The notes under the pieces: generated by a model
Told to the model about the DNA's origin: nothing
The model's input: only the letters and a program-made list of their open reading frames with translations
The model's database searches: none
Shown here: piece by piece, positions 55,303-64,000 of the stretch
Layout: every line of letters starts with the position of its first letter
Position numbering within the stretch: position 1 is the first letter of the stretch
Translations under genes and position numbers: made by a program
Assembly (NCBI GenBank): GCA_015064185.1
Contig: SVSS01000003.1
Coordinates: 111,791-175,790 of the forward strand
Direction: 5' to 3'
Source of the DNA: Oscillospiraceae bacterium
GTDB taxonomy: Bacteria; Bacillota; Clostridia; Oscillospirales; CAG-272
DNA length: 64,000 nt

Positions 55303-56495
55303 TATTGTTCTCCTTTGCTGTTTTTAGCATGTTGATAGGATGTGATCAGCACATGGATGGCGCCGTACAGGGCGGCTGCCGCAAGTGCTGTGGCGGGATT
55401 GACCCAAATAAGATAAACAAGCATGATCAGCGCAAGCATTGAGAAGCAGGAGCGCGGTGCGTTACGCCGCAGCAGCTGCCCGAGACCCACAAGCGCAAGC
55501 CCGGGCTCAAGAATGAGGGCAAGATTTTGCGCCACCGCGCCAAACAGCGTTGCCGTGTCAGCATTGGCGATCATTGCCGCAAGCTGTGCCAAAATAAAGA
55601 GGATGGCGGCGGTAACACTCATGGTTGGAACGGCGAGCGCGCGCGGCAAGCGCGGCAATGCCCCAAAGGAAACCAGAAGCACGGAAAGCGTGCGCCAGGT
55701 GAAAAAGGCGGTTACCATGCCTGCGATAATGAAGATCGCGGGGGAGAGGTTGATCAGCTCGGCAAGGAGATTGCGGATGGCTGTTTCGGAAATTTCGATC
55801 GTGACACCCGCTTCGGCATAAAGCGCCTTTGCTTCCTCAAGCAGGGCGATGACCTCATCGCCAAGAGAGCTGAGGAAGGTTGGGAGCAGCGAAGCGTCAA
55901 GAAGATTAAGTGAGGCAAGCGTAGCACCTGCCGCTGCAAGAAGGCTGACACAGACCGTGGCGGTGAGCGCTATCATGATAGGAGTGAAGGGGGTGCAACG
56001 GCGCACGCCGAGCGTGGCAACGATCGTCACAGGTATTGGCAGGAGTGTAAGCAATGCGACAAGGGGTGTGGCGCCGAGCAGGATCGCACCCAAATATGCG
56101 CCAATCGGCAAGAGTACCGGCACAAGATCGCCAGGAGCTTTTGCCGACAGCAAAAGCATTGCGCCACAAGCGCCGCCAAAGACAATTGCAAAAAAGGCGG
56201 CAGGGAGCATCATAGACCCCGAAACCGAAAACAGCAGCATGGCGGGAATGGCGGGGGCAATGAGGGATGCCAGCGTGCGCGTTTGCATGTAAAAGAAGAG
56301 CGCGCAGACCCCGACAAAGAGCAGCGATACCGTTTCATTTGCCGCAAAGGGGAGAAGGAGCGAGGAAATGAGGTACAGTGCTGCCGCCGCAAGCAGCTTT
56401 GTGCCGCTTGGGCGCGTGATCAAGCTCCGCCATGCGGCAAGATCGGTTTTGTTTAATGCGGTGCCGGCCATAGCGGATCCTCCTAACAAAAACAT
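55302..56495 (-). CDS. YybS-family (DUF2232) integral membrane protein
   Basis: A polytopic Ala/Leu-rich membrane protein immediately upstream of gdpP, as in Bacillus. Confidence 0.7.
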   Translation of the reverse strand: MFLLGGSAMAGTALNKTDLAAWRSLITRPSGTKLLAAAALYLISSLLLPFAANETVSLLFVGVCALFFYMQTRTLASLIAPAIPAMLLFSVSGSMMLPAAFFAIVFGGACGAMLLLSAKAPGDLVPVLLPIGAYLGAILLGATPLVALLTLLPIPVTIVATLGVRRCTPFTPIMIALTATVCVSLLAAAGATLASLNLLDASLLPTFLSSLGDEVIALLEEAKALYAEAGVTIEISETAIRNLLAELINLSPAIFIIAGMVTAFFTWRTLSVLLVSFGALPRLPRALAVPTMSVTAAILFILAQLAAMIANADTATLFGAVAQNLALILEPGLALVGLGQLLRRNAPRSCFSMLALIMLVYLIWVNPATALAAAALYGAIHVLITSYQHAKNSKGEQ

Positions 56496-56640
56496 TACTC
56501 TAATTTAATATTATAACATAAAAAATGATGATTGTAAACAGATTACATGAAGGATTTGTGAAAAAAAGAGATGAAAAGGGAAATCTTGCCGCAGACATTT
56601 CGGCTTTTTGACAAAAAAATAAAAAAATTTGAGTAGTCTA

Positions 56641-56669
56641 TTGCAAAATGGAAAAAAGTGTGCTATACT
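56641..56669 (+). promoter_or_regulatory. Candidate promoter of the rimP-nusA-infB operon
   Basis: TTGCAA, 17-nt spacer (ending in tgc), TATACT. Confidence 0.5.
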
Positions 56670-56691
56670 ATTACACAGTAGATAGTAGGTT

Positions 56692-56724
56692 GGAGCAGGT
56701 TGGTAAGACCTGCTCCTCTTATTT
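56692..56724 (+). terminator. Leader hairpin with U-rich tail (possible attenuator) upstream of rimP
   Basis: ggagcaggt-tggtaag-acctgctcc followed by tcttattt, located inside the 5' leader about 70 nt upstream of the rimP start. Confidence 0.45.
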
Positions 56725-56791
56725 GCGACAGCGAAATGCGCAAAAGCTTTCGTTAAGAGGTCGTTTTCAATGCCAAACGGGAGGTGTTTTT

Positions 56792-57259
56792 ATGGCAACA
56801 GCAAAAAATATTGCCGAAACCGTGCGCGAGCTGATTGCGCCCGTAGCAGAGGAGCTGGGGCTTTTCTTGTGGGACGTGGAGTTCGTCAAGGAGGGCGCGC
56901 GACGCGTGCTTCGGGTGACCATTGACAGTGACGAGGGCATTACCATTGATGATTGCGAGCGTATGCACCGCGCCATTGACCCCGTGCTTGACGAGGCAGA
57001 CCCCATTGAAAGCGCCTATGATCTTGAGGTCAGCTCCCCCGGTATCGAGCGAGAGCTTCGTACCGATGCACACATTGATTTCGGCATTGGAGAATTGGTG
57101 GATCTGCGTTTCTTTGCGCCTGTGAACGGCAAAAAGACGCACCGCGGTGTTTTGGTTGGCAGAGATGAGGCGGGAAGCATTCTGCTTGAGGCGGACGGAG
57201 CCGTTACAGCCTTTGAGCGCGCCACCGTTGCCAAAATCACGACCGTGTTTGAGTTTTAA
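56792..57259 (+). CDS. rimP: Ribosome maturation factor RimP
   Basis: LWDVEFVKEGARRVLRVTID...YDLEVSSPGIEREL. RBS gggagg. Confidence 0.9.
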   Translation: MATAKNIAETVRELIAPVAEELGLFLWDVEFVKEGARRVLRVTIDSDEGITIDDCERMHRAIDPVLDEADPIESAYDLEVSSPGIERELRTDAHIDFGIGELVDLRFFAPVNGKKTHRGVLVGRDEAGSILLEADGAVTAFERATVAKITTVFEF

Positions 57260-57328
57260 ATTCAAATAGTAAAAATAGCGAATAAATTTGAGAAAGTAAA
57301 AGATAACATAGTACGAAAGGATAAAGCC

Positions 57329-58369
57329 ATGAGCACGAAAAGCAGTAAGGAGTCCTTCCTCAACGCCCTTGACCTTCTTGAAAAGGAGAAGGGAATTCCG
57401 AAAGCCTACATGTTGGAAAAGATCGAAGCCGCACTTGTTTCCGCCTATCACAAGGAGTACGGTGCAAACGCCAATGTGAGGATCGCGTTTGATCTTGAAA
57501 AGGACGACGTGCGCGTATTTAAGCAAATGACAGTTGTGGATACCGTGACTGACCCCGAGACCGAGATCTCGCTTGAGGATGCAAAGGCTCTCAACAAGCG
57601 TCATACCCTTGGCAAGCTGATCGAGATCAAGGTCAAGCCCGAGAACTTCCGCCGCCTGTCTGCAGCTGCCGCAAAATCCGTTATTATTCAGAGCATTCGC
57701 GAGGGTGAGCGCCGCGTGATGCAGGAGGCATATGAGAGCCAGCGCGAGGAGATCATTACCGCAACGGTCAGCAAGATCGACCCCGTTAACGGCAATGTTG
57801 TGCTTGACACCGGCACAGGTCGCGCGGTTCTTCTTAAGAACGAGCAGATCCCCGGCGAGAGCTTTATGGTAGACGACCGTGTAAAGGTATTTGTCATGGA
57901 AGTAAACAAGGAGGCGCATGGACCGCTGGTTACGCTTTCGCGCTCTCACTCGGGTCTTGTACGCCGCTTGTTTGAGCTTGAAATTCCCGAGATCGCAGAC
58001 GGCGTTGTGATGATCAAGGGCGTATCCCGTGAGGCGGGTGTGCGAAGCAAGGTGGCTGTATATTCCCGTGATGAAAACGTAGATCCGATCGGTGCGTGCA
58101 TCGGTAATCGCGGTATGCGTATCGGTAGCATCGTTGAGGAGCTGCGCGGCGAAAAGATCGACATCATTCCTTACAGCGAAACGCCCGAGGAATTTATTGC
58201 CGCCGCCCTTGCTCCTGCGCGTGTGCTTTCGGTTGAGCTCACGGGTGAGCGCACCTGTCGCGTGCTGGTTGAGCCCGACCAGCTGTCGCTTGCCATTGGC
58301 AGAGAAGGTCTTAACGCCCGTCTTGCGGCAAGACTTACCGGCTACAAAATCGATATCAAGGCAGAATAA
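57329..58369 (+). CDS. nusA: Transcription termination/antitermination factor NusA
   Basis: N-terminal domain, S1 domain and two KH domains (GACIGNRGMRI, LAIGREGLNARLAARLTG). Confidence 0.95.
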   Translation: MSTKSSKESFLNALDLLEKEKGIPKAYMLEKIEAALVSAYHKEYGANANVRIAFDLEKDDVRVFKQMTVVDTVTDPETEISLEDAKALNKRHTLGKLIEIKVKPENFRRLSAAAAKSVIIQSIREGERRVMQEAYESQREEIITATVSKIDPVNGNVVLDTGTGRAVLLKNEQIPGESFMVDDRVKVFVMEVNKEAHGPLVTLSRSHSGLVRRLFELEIPEIADGVVMIKGVSREAGVRSKVAVYSRDENVDPIGACIGNRGMRIGSIVEELRGEKIDIIPYSETPEEFIAAALAPARVLSVELTGERTCRVLVEPDQLSLAIGREGLNARLAARLTGYKIDIKAE

Positions 58370-58389
58370 AGCCATAACGGTATAAGAAA

Positions 58390-58671
58390 ATGGAGAAAAA
58401 AGCGAAAAAGATCCCGATGCGCCAATGCCTGGGCTGCAACGAGCATTTCCCCAAAAAGGAGCTGCTGCGTGTGGTGCGCGATCCCGCAGGTGGGGTATCG
58501 CTTGATTTCACGGGCAAGAAATCGGGGCGTGGCGCGTATATTTGTAAGAGTAGCGCTTGTCTTGCGAAGGCGGAGAAGAACGGCCGTCTTGCACGCAACC
58601 TTGAGTGCGAGATCCCCCATGAGATCTACGCCGCAATGCGCGAAGAGCTTGCCGCCCATGAAGCAAATTGA
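58390..58671 (+). CDS. ylxR: YlxR-family (DUF448) RNA-binding protein
   Basis: PMRQCLGCNEHFPKKELLRVV...GRGAYIC motif and its position after nusA. Confidence 0.85.
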   Translation: MEKKAKKIPMRQCLGCNEHFPKKELLRVVRDPAGGVSLDFTGKKSGRGAYICKSSACLAKAEKNGRLARNLECEIPHEIYAAMREELAAHEAN

Positions 58672-59014
58672 AGCAAGGGCGCTCTCCTATCTTGGCTTCG
58701 CCGTGCGCGCAAGACGTGTGGTCATCGGCGTGGCGCTGGTGTGTGAGGCGCTTAAGAAGGTACCAAACGGTAGTGATAAATCTCCACTTATCGTTTTAGA
58801 AGCGGCGGATACCTCGGCAAATACGCATAAGCGTATTGTCGACCGCACTCTTTATTATAAGACCCCCGCCGTTCGGCTTTCGATCAACGGTGATGCGCTT
58901 GCCACTGCCGTGGGTAAGCGTGGCGGCACGGTCGGCGCGGTTGGCGTGACCGATCAAAATCTTGCGGCGGCAATTGCCGCGCTTTACGGCGTTTCTGTTT
59001 CAGACAGTCATTAA
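58658..59014 (+). CDS. L7Ae/L30e-family protein (YlxQ-like)
   Basis: LSYLGFAVRARRVVIG pattern and its position between ylxR and infB. The ATG at 58658 overlaps the ylxR end. Confidence 0.75.
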   Translation: MKQIEARALSYLGFAVRARRVVIGVALVCEALKKVPNGSDKSPLIVLEAADTSANTHKRIVDRTLYYKTPAVRLSINGDALATAVGKRGGTVGAVGVTDQNLAAAIAALYGVSVSDSH

Positions 59015-59091
59015 ATTACCCATAGGGTGTAAGAATTTTAACCAAACTTTGGAAGGTGTTCCGCACGGACTGCGGAAGACAAGGAGGAAAT

Positions 59092-61896
59092 ATGGCGTTT
59101 AAGGTTGCACAATTAGCAAAGGATCTCGGTATCAAAAGTAAGCAAATTACAGAATTGATGACCGCAAAGGGTCTTGAATGCAAGACTACGCAAAAATCGC
59201 TTGATGCAAAGGAATTTGATATTATTTTTGATGCATTGACGCGTGAAAAGCAGGTATCTGATATTGACGGATATCTGTTTGGCGATACCTATATTCCTAC
59301 GGTGGCAAAGCCTGCCCCCGAAAAGGAAGCTGTCACGGAAAAGGGTAAGGAGGCTCCTGCCGCCGCACCTGCCGCAGATACTAAAGCTGCACCCAAAACA
59401 GAAAAAGCACCCGCAAAAGCAGCGCCCGAGGTGAAGTCCGCACCGAAGACGGAAGCTGCAAAGGCCCCCGCCTCCTCCAAAGAGTCAACAGTGGAGCGAT
59501 CCACCGCAAAGCCCGAAGCGGCAAAGCCGGCGCCTGCAGCACCCGCACGCCCCGCACCGCGTACCTATAATATTCCGCAAAACCTGCGTGCCACCATTAC
59601 TACCGCACAGCGCCCCGCAGCGCCCGCGGCACCCGCGGCACCTCGCCGTGGTGATGCAACACTCGCGCGCTCGGCACAGCAGGGCGGCGCACGCCCCATG
59701 GGCGATCGCCCCGCACGCCCCGAGTTTGCACCCCGTGGCGGTGCATTTTCGCAGGGTAATGTAAAGCCTAATTTTGCACAGCAAAGACCCGATAACCGTC
59801 CGCAGAAGTCGCAGCAAAACCGTGGTGGCGGCAATGGCGGATTCCGTGATAAGGATGAAGGGGGAGGGCGCATCGTACGCGAGCAGTTCCGCCCCACGGT
59901 CATTACCCGTGGGCAGACCCCCAAGGGCACCGATGCTACCGCAAAGGCGCGCACCACACGTGTGGTGGATATGCGCGGCTCTAGCGTAGATCTTTCCAAA
60001 TACGATGAGCGTCTTGATACCTTTGTGCCCGATGCTGTTCGTGATGCACGCGGCGGCAACCAGCGCTTTAAAAAGCAGCAGGTAGGCACGCATGCCTTTA
60101 CCTCGGGTAAGAAGGGCGCAAAAAAGAGCAGCGCACCTGTTACCAAGCAGGCAAACTCCGTGACGATCCCTGAGGAGATCACGGTAAGCGAATTTGCATC
60201 ACGTATGAAGATTCCGCCCGCTGAGGTTGTGAAAAAGCTTATGATGATGGGCATGATGGTCACGCTCAATCAAACCATTGACTTTGACACTGCATTTTTG
60301 ATTGCAGGCGAGCTCGGTGTTGAGGCGACCAAGGAGGTCGTTGTCAGCATTGAGGAAAAGCTGTTTGATGATACCGAGGATAAGGCAGAGGATCTGATGG
60401 ATCGCGCACCCGTTGTGTGCGTTATGGGTCACGTTGACCACGGTAAGACCTCCTTGCTGGATGCCATTCGCCACACCAACGTAACGGCAGGCGAGGCAGG
60501 CGGTATTACGCAGCACATCGGTGCTTACCGCGTGAAGGTTGACGGCAGAGATCTTACCTTCCTTGACACCCCCGGTCACGAGGCGTTTACCGCCATGCGT
60601 GCACGCGGTGCTAAGGCAACTGATATTGCCATTCTCGTGGTGGCGGCAGATGACGGCATTATGCCGCAGACCGTTGAGGCGATCAATCATGCAAAGGCAG
60701 CTGAGATCGACATCATCGTTGCTATCAATAAAATGGATAAACCCGGTGCTAACCCCGATGCCATTAAGCAGGAGCTTACCAAATATGACCTTGTGCCCGA
60801 GGAGTGGGGCGGCGACGTCATTTGCGTGCCGATCTCCGCACTCAAGCGCGAGGGTATTGATACGCTGCTTGAAAACGTATTGCTCGTTGCCGACATGAAG
60901 GAGCTGAAGGCAAATCCCGACCGCCGTGCAAAGGGTATTATTATCGAGTCCAAGCTTGACCGTGGCCGCGGTCCCGTTGCAACCGTTCTGGTGCAAAACG
61001 GTACGCTGCATAGCGGCGATATCGTGATCGCAGGCACCGCCGTTGGCCGTGTGCGCGTGATGAGCGACCACAATGGCAGAACGCTGAAGGAGGCAGGCCC
61101 CTCCGTACCTGTTGAGATCGTTGGTCTTGCAGAGGTGCCCGAGGCAGGTGACGAATTTGCCGCTGTTGAAGATGAACGCATGGCAAGAACCCTTGCCGAT
61201 CAGCGCCGTGACAAGGCGAAGGAGGAGGGCTTTAAGGCAAATGCCCGCGCCAACCTTAACGACCTGTTTGCGCAGATCTCTGAGGGCGTAAAGGAACTTA
61301 ACATCATTGTTAAGGCAGACGTTGCAGGCTCGGCTGAGGCTGTAAAGCAATCGCTTGAGAAGCTCACGAATGAGGAAGTAAAGGTGCGTGTCATCCATGC
61401 TGCCGTAGGCGGTATCATTGAGGGTGACGTTATGCTTGCCGCTGCATCCAATGCTATCATTGTTGGCTTTAACGTACGCCCTGATAAGGCGGCGACCGAC
61501 TCCGCAGAGCGTCAAAAGGTGGATATTCGTACCTACCGTATCATTTACGAGTGCATCGAGGAGATCGAGGCAGCGATGAAGGGTATGCTTGCGCCCAAGT
61601 TCCGTGAAAACGTGCTTGGTCACGCAGAGGTGCGTCAGACCATTCATGTGCCCAATGTTGGCTTTATTGCAGGCTCGTATGTGCAAGACGGTAAGATCAC
61701 CCGTCAGTCGCAGATCCGCGTGGTGCGCGACGGTATTGTGATCTTTGAGGATAAAATCGCTTCGCTTCGTCGCTTTAAGGACGACGTGAAGGAGGTTGCC
61801 GACGGGTACGAGTGCGGCATCGGTCTTGATCGCTTTAACGATATCAAGGTAGGCGATATTCTCGAGGCCTTCATCATGGAGGAAATTGCGCAGTGA
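59092..61896 (+). CDS. infB: Translation initiation factor IF-2
   Basis: Low-complexity A/P/K-rich N-terminal region, GTPase motifs [20 protein letters not shown] and NKMD. RBS aaggagg upstream of the ATG at 59092. Confidence 0.95.
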   Translation: MAFKVAQLAKDLGIKSKQITELMTAKGLECKTTQKSLDAKEFDIIFDALTREKQVSDIDGYLFGDTYIPTVAKPAPEKEAVTEKGKEAPAAAPAADTKAAPKTEKAPAKAAPEVKSAPKTEAAKAPASSKESTVERSTAKPEAAKPAPAAPARPAPRTYNIPQNLRATITTAQRPAAPAAPAAPRRGDATLARSAQQGGARPMGDRPARPEFAPRGGAFSQGNVKPNFAQQRPDNRPQKSQQNRGGGNGGFRDKDEGGGRIVREQFRPTVITRGQTPKGTDATAKARTTRVVDMRGSSVDLSKYDERLDTFVPDAVRDARGGNQRFKKQQVGTHAFTSGKKGAKKSSAPVTKQANSVTIPEEITVSEFASRMKIPPAEVVKKLMMMGMMVTLNQTIDFDTAFLIAGELGVEATKEVVVSIEEKLFDDTEDKAEDLMDRAPVVCVMGHVDHGKTSLLDAIRHTNVTAGEAGGITQHIGAYRVKVDGRDLTFLDTPGHEAFTAMRARGAKATDIAILVVAADDGIMPQTVEAINHAKAAEIDIIVAINKMDKPGANPDAIKQELTKYDLVPEEWGGDVICVPISALKREGIDTLLENVLLVADMKELKANPDRRAKGIIIESKLDRGRGPVATVLVQNGTLHSGDIVIAGTAVGRVRVMSDHNGRTLKEAGPSVPVEIVGLAEVPEAGDEFAAVEDERMARTLADQRRDKAKEEGFKANARANLNDLFAQISEGVKELNIIVKADVAGSAEAVKQSLEKLTNEEVKVRVIHAAVGGIIEGDVMLAAASNAIIVGFNVRPDKAATDSAERQKVDIRTYRIIYECIEEIEAAMKGMLAPKFRENVLGHAEVRQTIHVPNVGFIAGSYVQDGKITRQSQIRVVRDGIVIFEDKIASLRRFKDDVKEVADGYECGIGLDRFNDIKVGDILEAFIMEEIAQ

Positions 61897-61936
61897 GATA
61901 AGCTCACGCCGATTTCGATCCACAGGGAGGTTTCAG

Positions 61937-62362
61937 ATGAATTGGGAAAAATCTTGCGGCGCACTTGTGGTGCGCCGCGAAAAAGACAATTATTATATAC
62001 TCATGATACGCCATAAGGCGGGCGGAAGTCGCTCCTTCCCTAAGGGACACATGGAACAGGGAGAAAGCGAATATGCAACCGCGTTGCGCGAGGTGATGGA
62101 AGAAACCTCTTCCCGTATAGCGATTATTTCGGATTTTCGTGCTACCGTTAAGTATAGTCCCTCGCCGGGCGTGATGAAAGAGGTTGTGTATTTTCTCGCC
62201 TTTACGACCGAGGAAAGCATTAAGGCAAGAGAGGGCGAGATCGCTGAGGTCGAGTGGGTGCCGCTTGAGAAGGCGGAAAACTGCCTTACGCACGAAAACG
62301 ATAAAACAGTATTTCGTGCCGCCATGGAGCGCATGCAGCATCTTTCTTTTGAAATTAAATGA
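61937..62362 (+). CDS. NUDIX hydrolase
   Basis: Nudix box GHMEQGESEYATALREVMEETS. RBS gggagg upstream of the ATG at 61937. Confidence 0.85.
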   Translation: MNWEKSCGALVVRREKDNYYILMIRHKAGGSRSFPKGHMEQGESEYATALREVMEETSSRIAIISDFRATVKYSPSPGVMKEVVYFLAFTTEESIKAREGEIAEVEWVPLEKAENCLTHENDKTVFRAAMERMQHLSFEIK

Positions 62363-62364
62363 AA

Positions 62365-62417
62365 AAGGGGAGAGGGGAACCGCTTTTGAAAAAGTGGTTC
62401 CCCTCTCCCTTGTTTTC
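62365..62417 (+). terminator. Intrinsic terminator after the NUDIX gene
   Basis: Long stem ggggagaggggaacc.../...ggttcccctctccc followed by ttgtttt. Confidence 0.6.
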
Positions 62418-62491
62418 GCTTTGCGAAAACAATTCACACGCCCCTCCCGAAAACTTTCCCAAAAGATGCGGTGGGAGTGGGTGTAAAATAT

Positions 62492-62527
62492 CATCATAGG
62501 GGCGATTCGTGAATCGCCCCTATGATG
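62492..62527. repeat. REP-like palindromic unit (third copy)
   Basis: catcataggggcgattcgtgaatcgcccctatgatg, the same core as at 34191-34264. Confidence 0.85.
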
Positions 62528-62590
62528 TGCATTGTACAGTGGTCAGATTTATCCTTTTATCCAAAGGTTTTCGGAGAGGTTGGTGAATTT

Positions 62591-62612
62591 GCTTTTCGCG
62601 GATGCGAAAAGC
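62591..62612. repeat. Short hairpin gcttttcgc-ggat-gcgaaaagc (family copy 3)
   Basis: Same stem as at 26825-26846. It is preceded by tccaaaggttttcgg (62560-62574), which recurs at the window end (63985-63999). Confidence 0.7.
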
Positions 62613-62653
62613 AAGAATATAAAAAACCGCAGCATGTGCTGCGGTTTTTGTGA

Positions 62654-62890
62654 TTATACATTAGAATCAGATGTAGCAGGAACAAGATCCTGATCCTTCA
62701 TGCAAAGCATAAGAACGCCAGCGATAACGTTGCACAAAATTAAGGTTGCGATCGCCATGCCGGTCAGTTCGGACTTCTTTGTTGCGGTGTTAAGCTTTTT
62801 CAGTGCCAATATACCTATGATCAACGGTACAACGAGGTAGAATTGGCAGATCATGCCGATGATGATGAATACTTTTGCAGCGGTTTTCAT
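62654..62890 (-). CDS. Small two-TM membrane protein (78 aa)
   Basis: RBS aaaggag upstream of the ATG at 62890. MKTAAKVFIIIGMICQFYLVVPLIIGILAL... It is followed by a terminator hairpin at 62621-62650. Confidence 0.55.
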   Translation of the reverse strand: MKTAAKVFIIIGMICQFYLVVPLIIGILALKKLNTATKKSELTGMAIATLILCNVIAGVLMLCMKDQDLVPATSDSNV

Positions 62891-63096
62891 AATGGTCTCC
62901 TTTACTAGATGTTGCATAAGTGCGTTATGCATATTTATACTATCACAAAACACACCTGTTGTCAATAGACCTTGATTAAGTGTAATAAAAATTCTCAAAA
63001 AATGTATAGTATGTGAACGATATACAGTATTGTGTGAATATGGCGATTACACTTCCGTTAGAAGGCCTTTTGGCTTTCCTTAAAAGCACAGTCAAC

Positions 63097-63125
63097 TTGA
63101 CTCCTCTTTACAAATATGATATGAT
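63097..63125 (+). promoter_or_regulatory. Candidate sigma-70 promoter
   Basis: TTGACT, 17-nt spacer, TATGAT. Confidence 0.45.
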
Positions 63126-63136
63126 AGTGATAAGAG

Positions 63137-63870
63137 GTGAGATACATGATTGATCAGATCAACGCTCGCGTAAAGGTAGTAGTTGTGTTTTTGCTTTCGG
63201 TAGTGGCGTTGCTTGTGTTTACGGCCTGCTGCTATTTGGGGCAGGATTGGTTTTCTAAATGGCATGGTTTGCCCATGGGCGGTTTGTTGATGCTGCTCGC
63301 TATTCCGTTTCACTTGCAGGGTGAAAAGAGAAAGATCTTCTATTTGATCAGCTTTTTGCTGAACACGGCGGGCATGGGCATTTGTGCCTCGGCATATTAC
63401 ACTATGACGATCGTGCCCTCCGCACTTGAGGATCTTTTGCCGGCTCTTGCTTTGCCGCTTGCTATCTTACTTGTGACCGGTATTTTACTTGTACTGTTCG
63501 AAGAAAAAAACAATTCATCGTTACGGTCGTAATATTTCTTGAAATCGCGTTGATTGTGGCTTCGATCGTGTTTTGGGTAAATCGGGGTGCAGAATTCTAT
63601 GCATTTTCACTTTTTTCCTTGGTTGTGGCAAGCTTTTATACGTTTGCGTATCATCTCGCCATAGAAGAGGAGGAGTACAGCATTCTGCGCGATATTTCGC
63701 TCGGCAGCTACGGTGCATTTTTGTTGGTGGGCATTGCTGTGTTGATTGCCATTGCCTGTGTCGCGGGTGATGGCTGTGACTGTGATTGCGGTGACAGCTG
63801 CGATTGTTGCGATTGTGATTGTGGCAGTGGCAGTGGCGGTAGTCAGAAAGCGAAAAAAACCAAAAAATAA
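63137..63870 (+). pseudogene. Polytopic membrane protein with Cys/Asp-rich C-terminal tail, reading frame broken at an A7 run
   Basis: ORF 63137..63532 and ORF 63550..63870 are contiguous if the frame shifts by -1 at 63504-63510 (gaagAAAAAAAc). The second frame is open upstream through the junction and reads hydrophobic KKQFIVTVVIFLEIALIVASIVFW. Confidence 0.6.
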
Positions 63871-64000
63871 TTGCTGTGAGCAGGGAGAGCCTCTCTGTAG
63901 CGGAAGGCGCGAACAGGGAGAAAGGTGTTAGATGACATGGCAGGGGCGCCTGTGCGCACAGCATTGCGGATATAATAAAATTTTTTCCAAAGGTTTTCGG

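Noticed and set aside
63521-63964. The 147-aa minus-strand His/Cys/Arg-rich ORF.
   Set aside because: - It is antisense to the TGY-GAY codon repeat of the membrane-protein tail, so it is an artefact of the repeat.

Overview
The window looks like chromosome from a fairly high-GC, anaerobic, spore-forming Firmicute of the Clostridia type. This is inferred from gene content and synteny only: a SpoIIIAH-like gene, the yybS-gdpP-rplI-dnaB block, tilS-ftsH, rimP-nusA-ylxR-ylxQ-infB, several radical SAM enzymes, and a BCR/HAD-type activase/dehydratase pair.

Most of the window is ordinary housekeeping:
- glycolysis (pfkA, ldh)
- purB, cinA, comM-like
- a marR plus heterodimeric ABC exporter operon
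- uracil permease plus upp
- metF plus a split metH
- ftsH, tilS, dnaB, rplI, gdpP
- the nusA/infB operon

I found no CRISPR array, and no integrase, transposase, reverse transcriptase or recognisable defence gene.

Non-routine content:
1. A visibly AT-richer island of about 6.8 kb (about 26.69-33.5 kb) sits directly 3' of a tRNA-Leu/tRNA-Met(CAT) pair. The last 20-26 nt of the tRNA-Met recur twice in direct and once in inverted orientation. The island also carries two copies of a modular leader: a heptamer-repeat palindrome, a short hairpin, a consensus promoter and a four-helix-bundle ORF. These leaders precede unrelated cargo genes. An ECF sigma/anti-sigma operon lies at the far end of the island.
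2. About 680 bp of gene-free, hairpin-dense sequence lies 3' of tRNA-Gly. It contains a near-identical 2 x ~258 bp tandem repeat.
3. A membrane-protein gene is split by a frame change at an A7 run and ends in a Cys/Asp-rich tail.
4. Two families of dispersed palindromic intergenic elements are present.
5. Several gene remnants are present: an hbd C-terminal fragment, a truncated four-helix-bundle ORF, and a possibly N-truncated PocR-AraC regulator.

I could not recognise a single clear novel multi-gene system. The tRNA-linked cassette island is the best candidate. All functional calls rest on motif-level reading of the translated ORFs, not on database searches.
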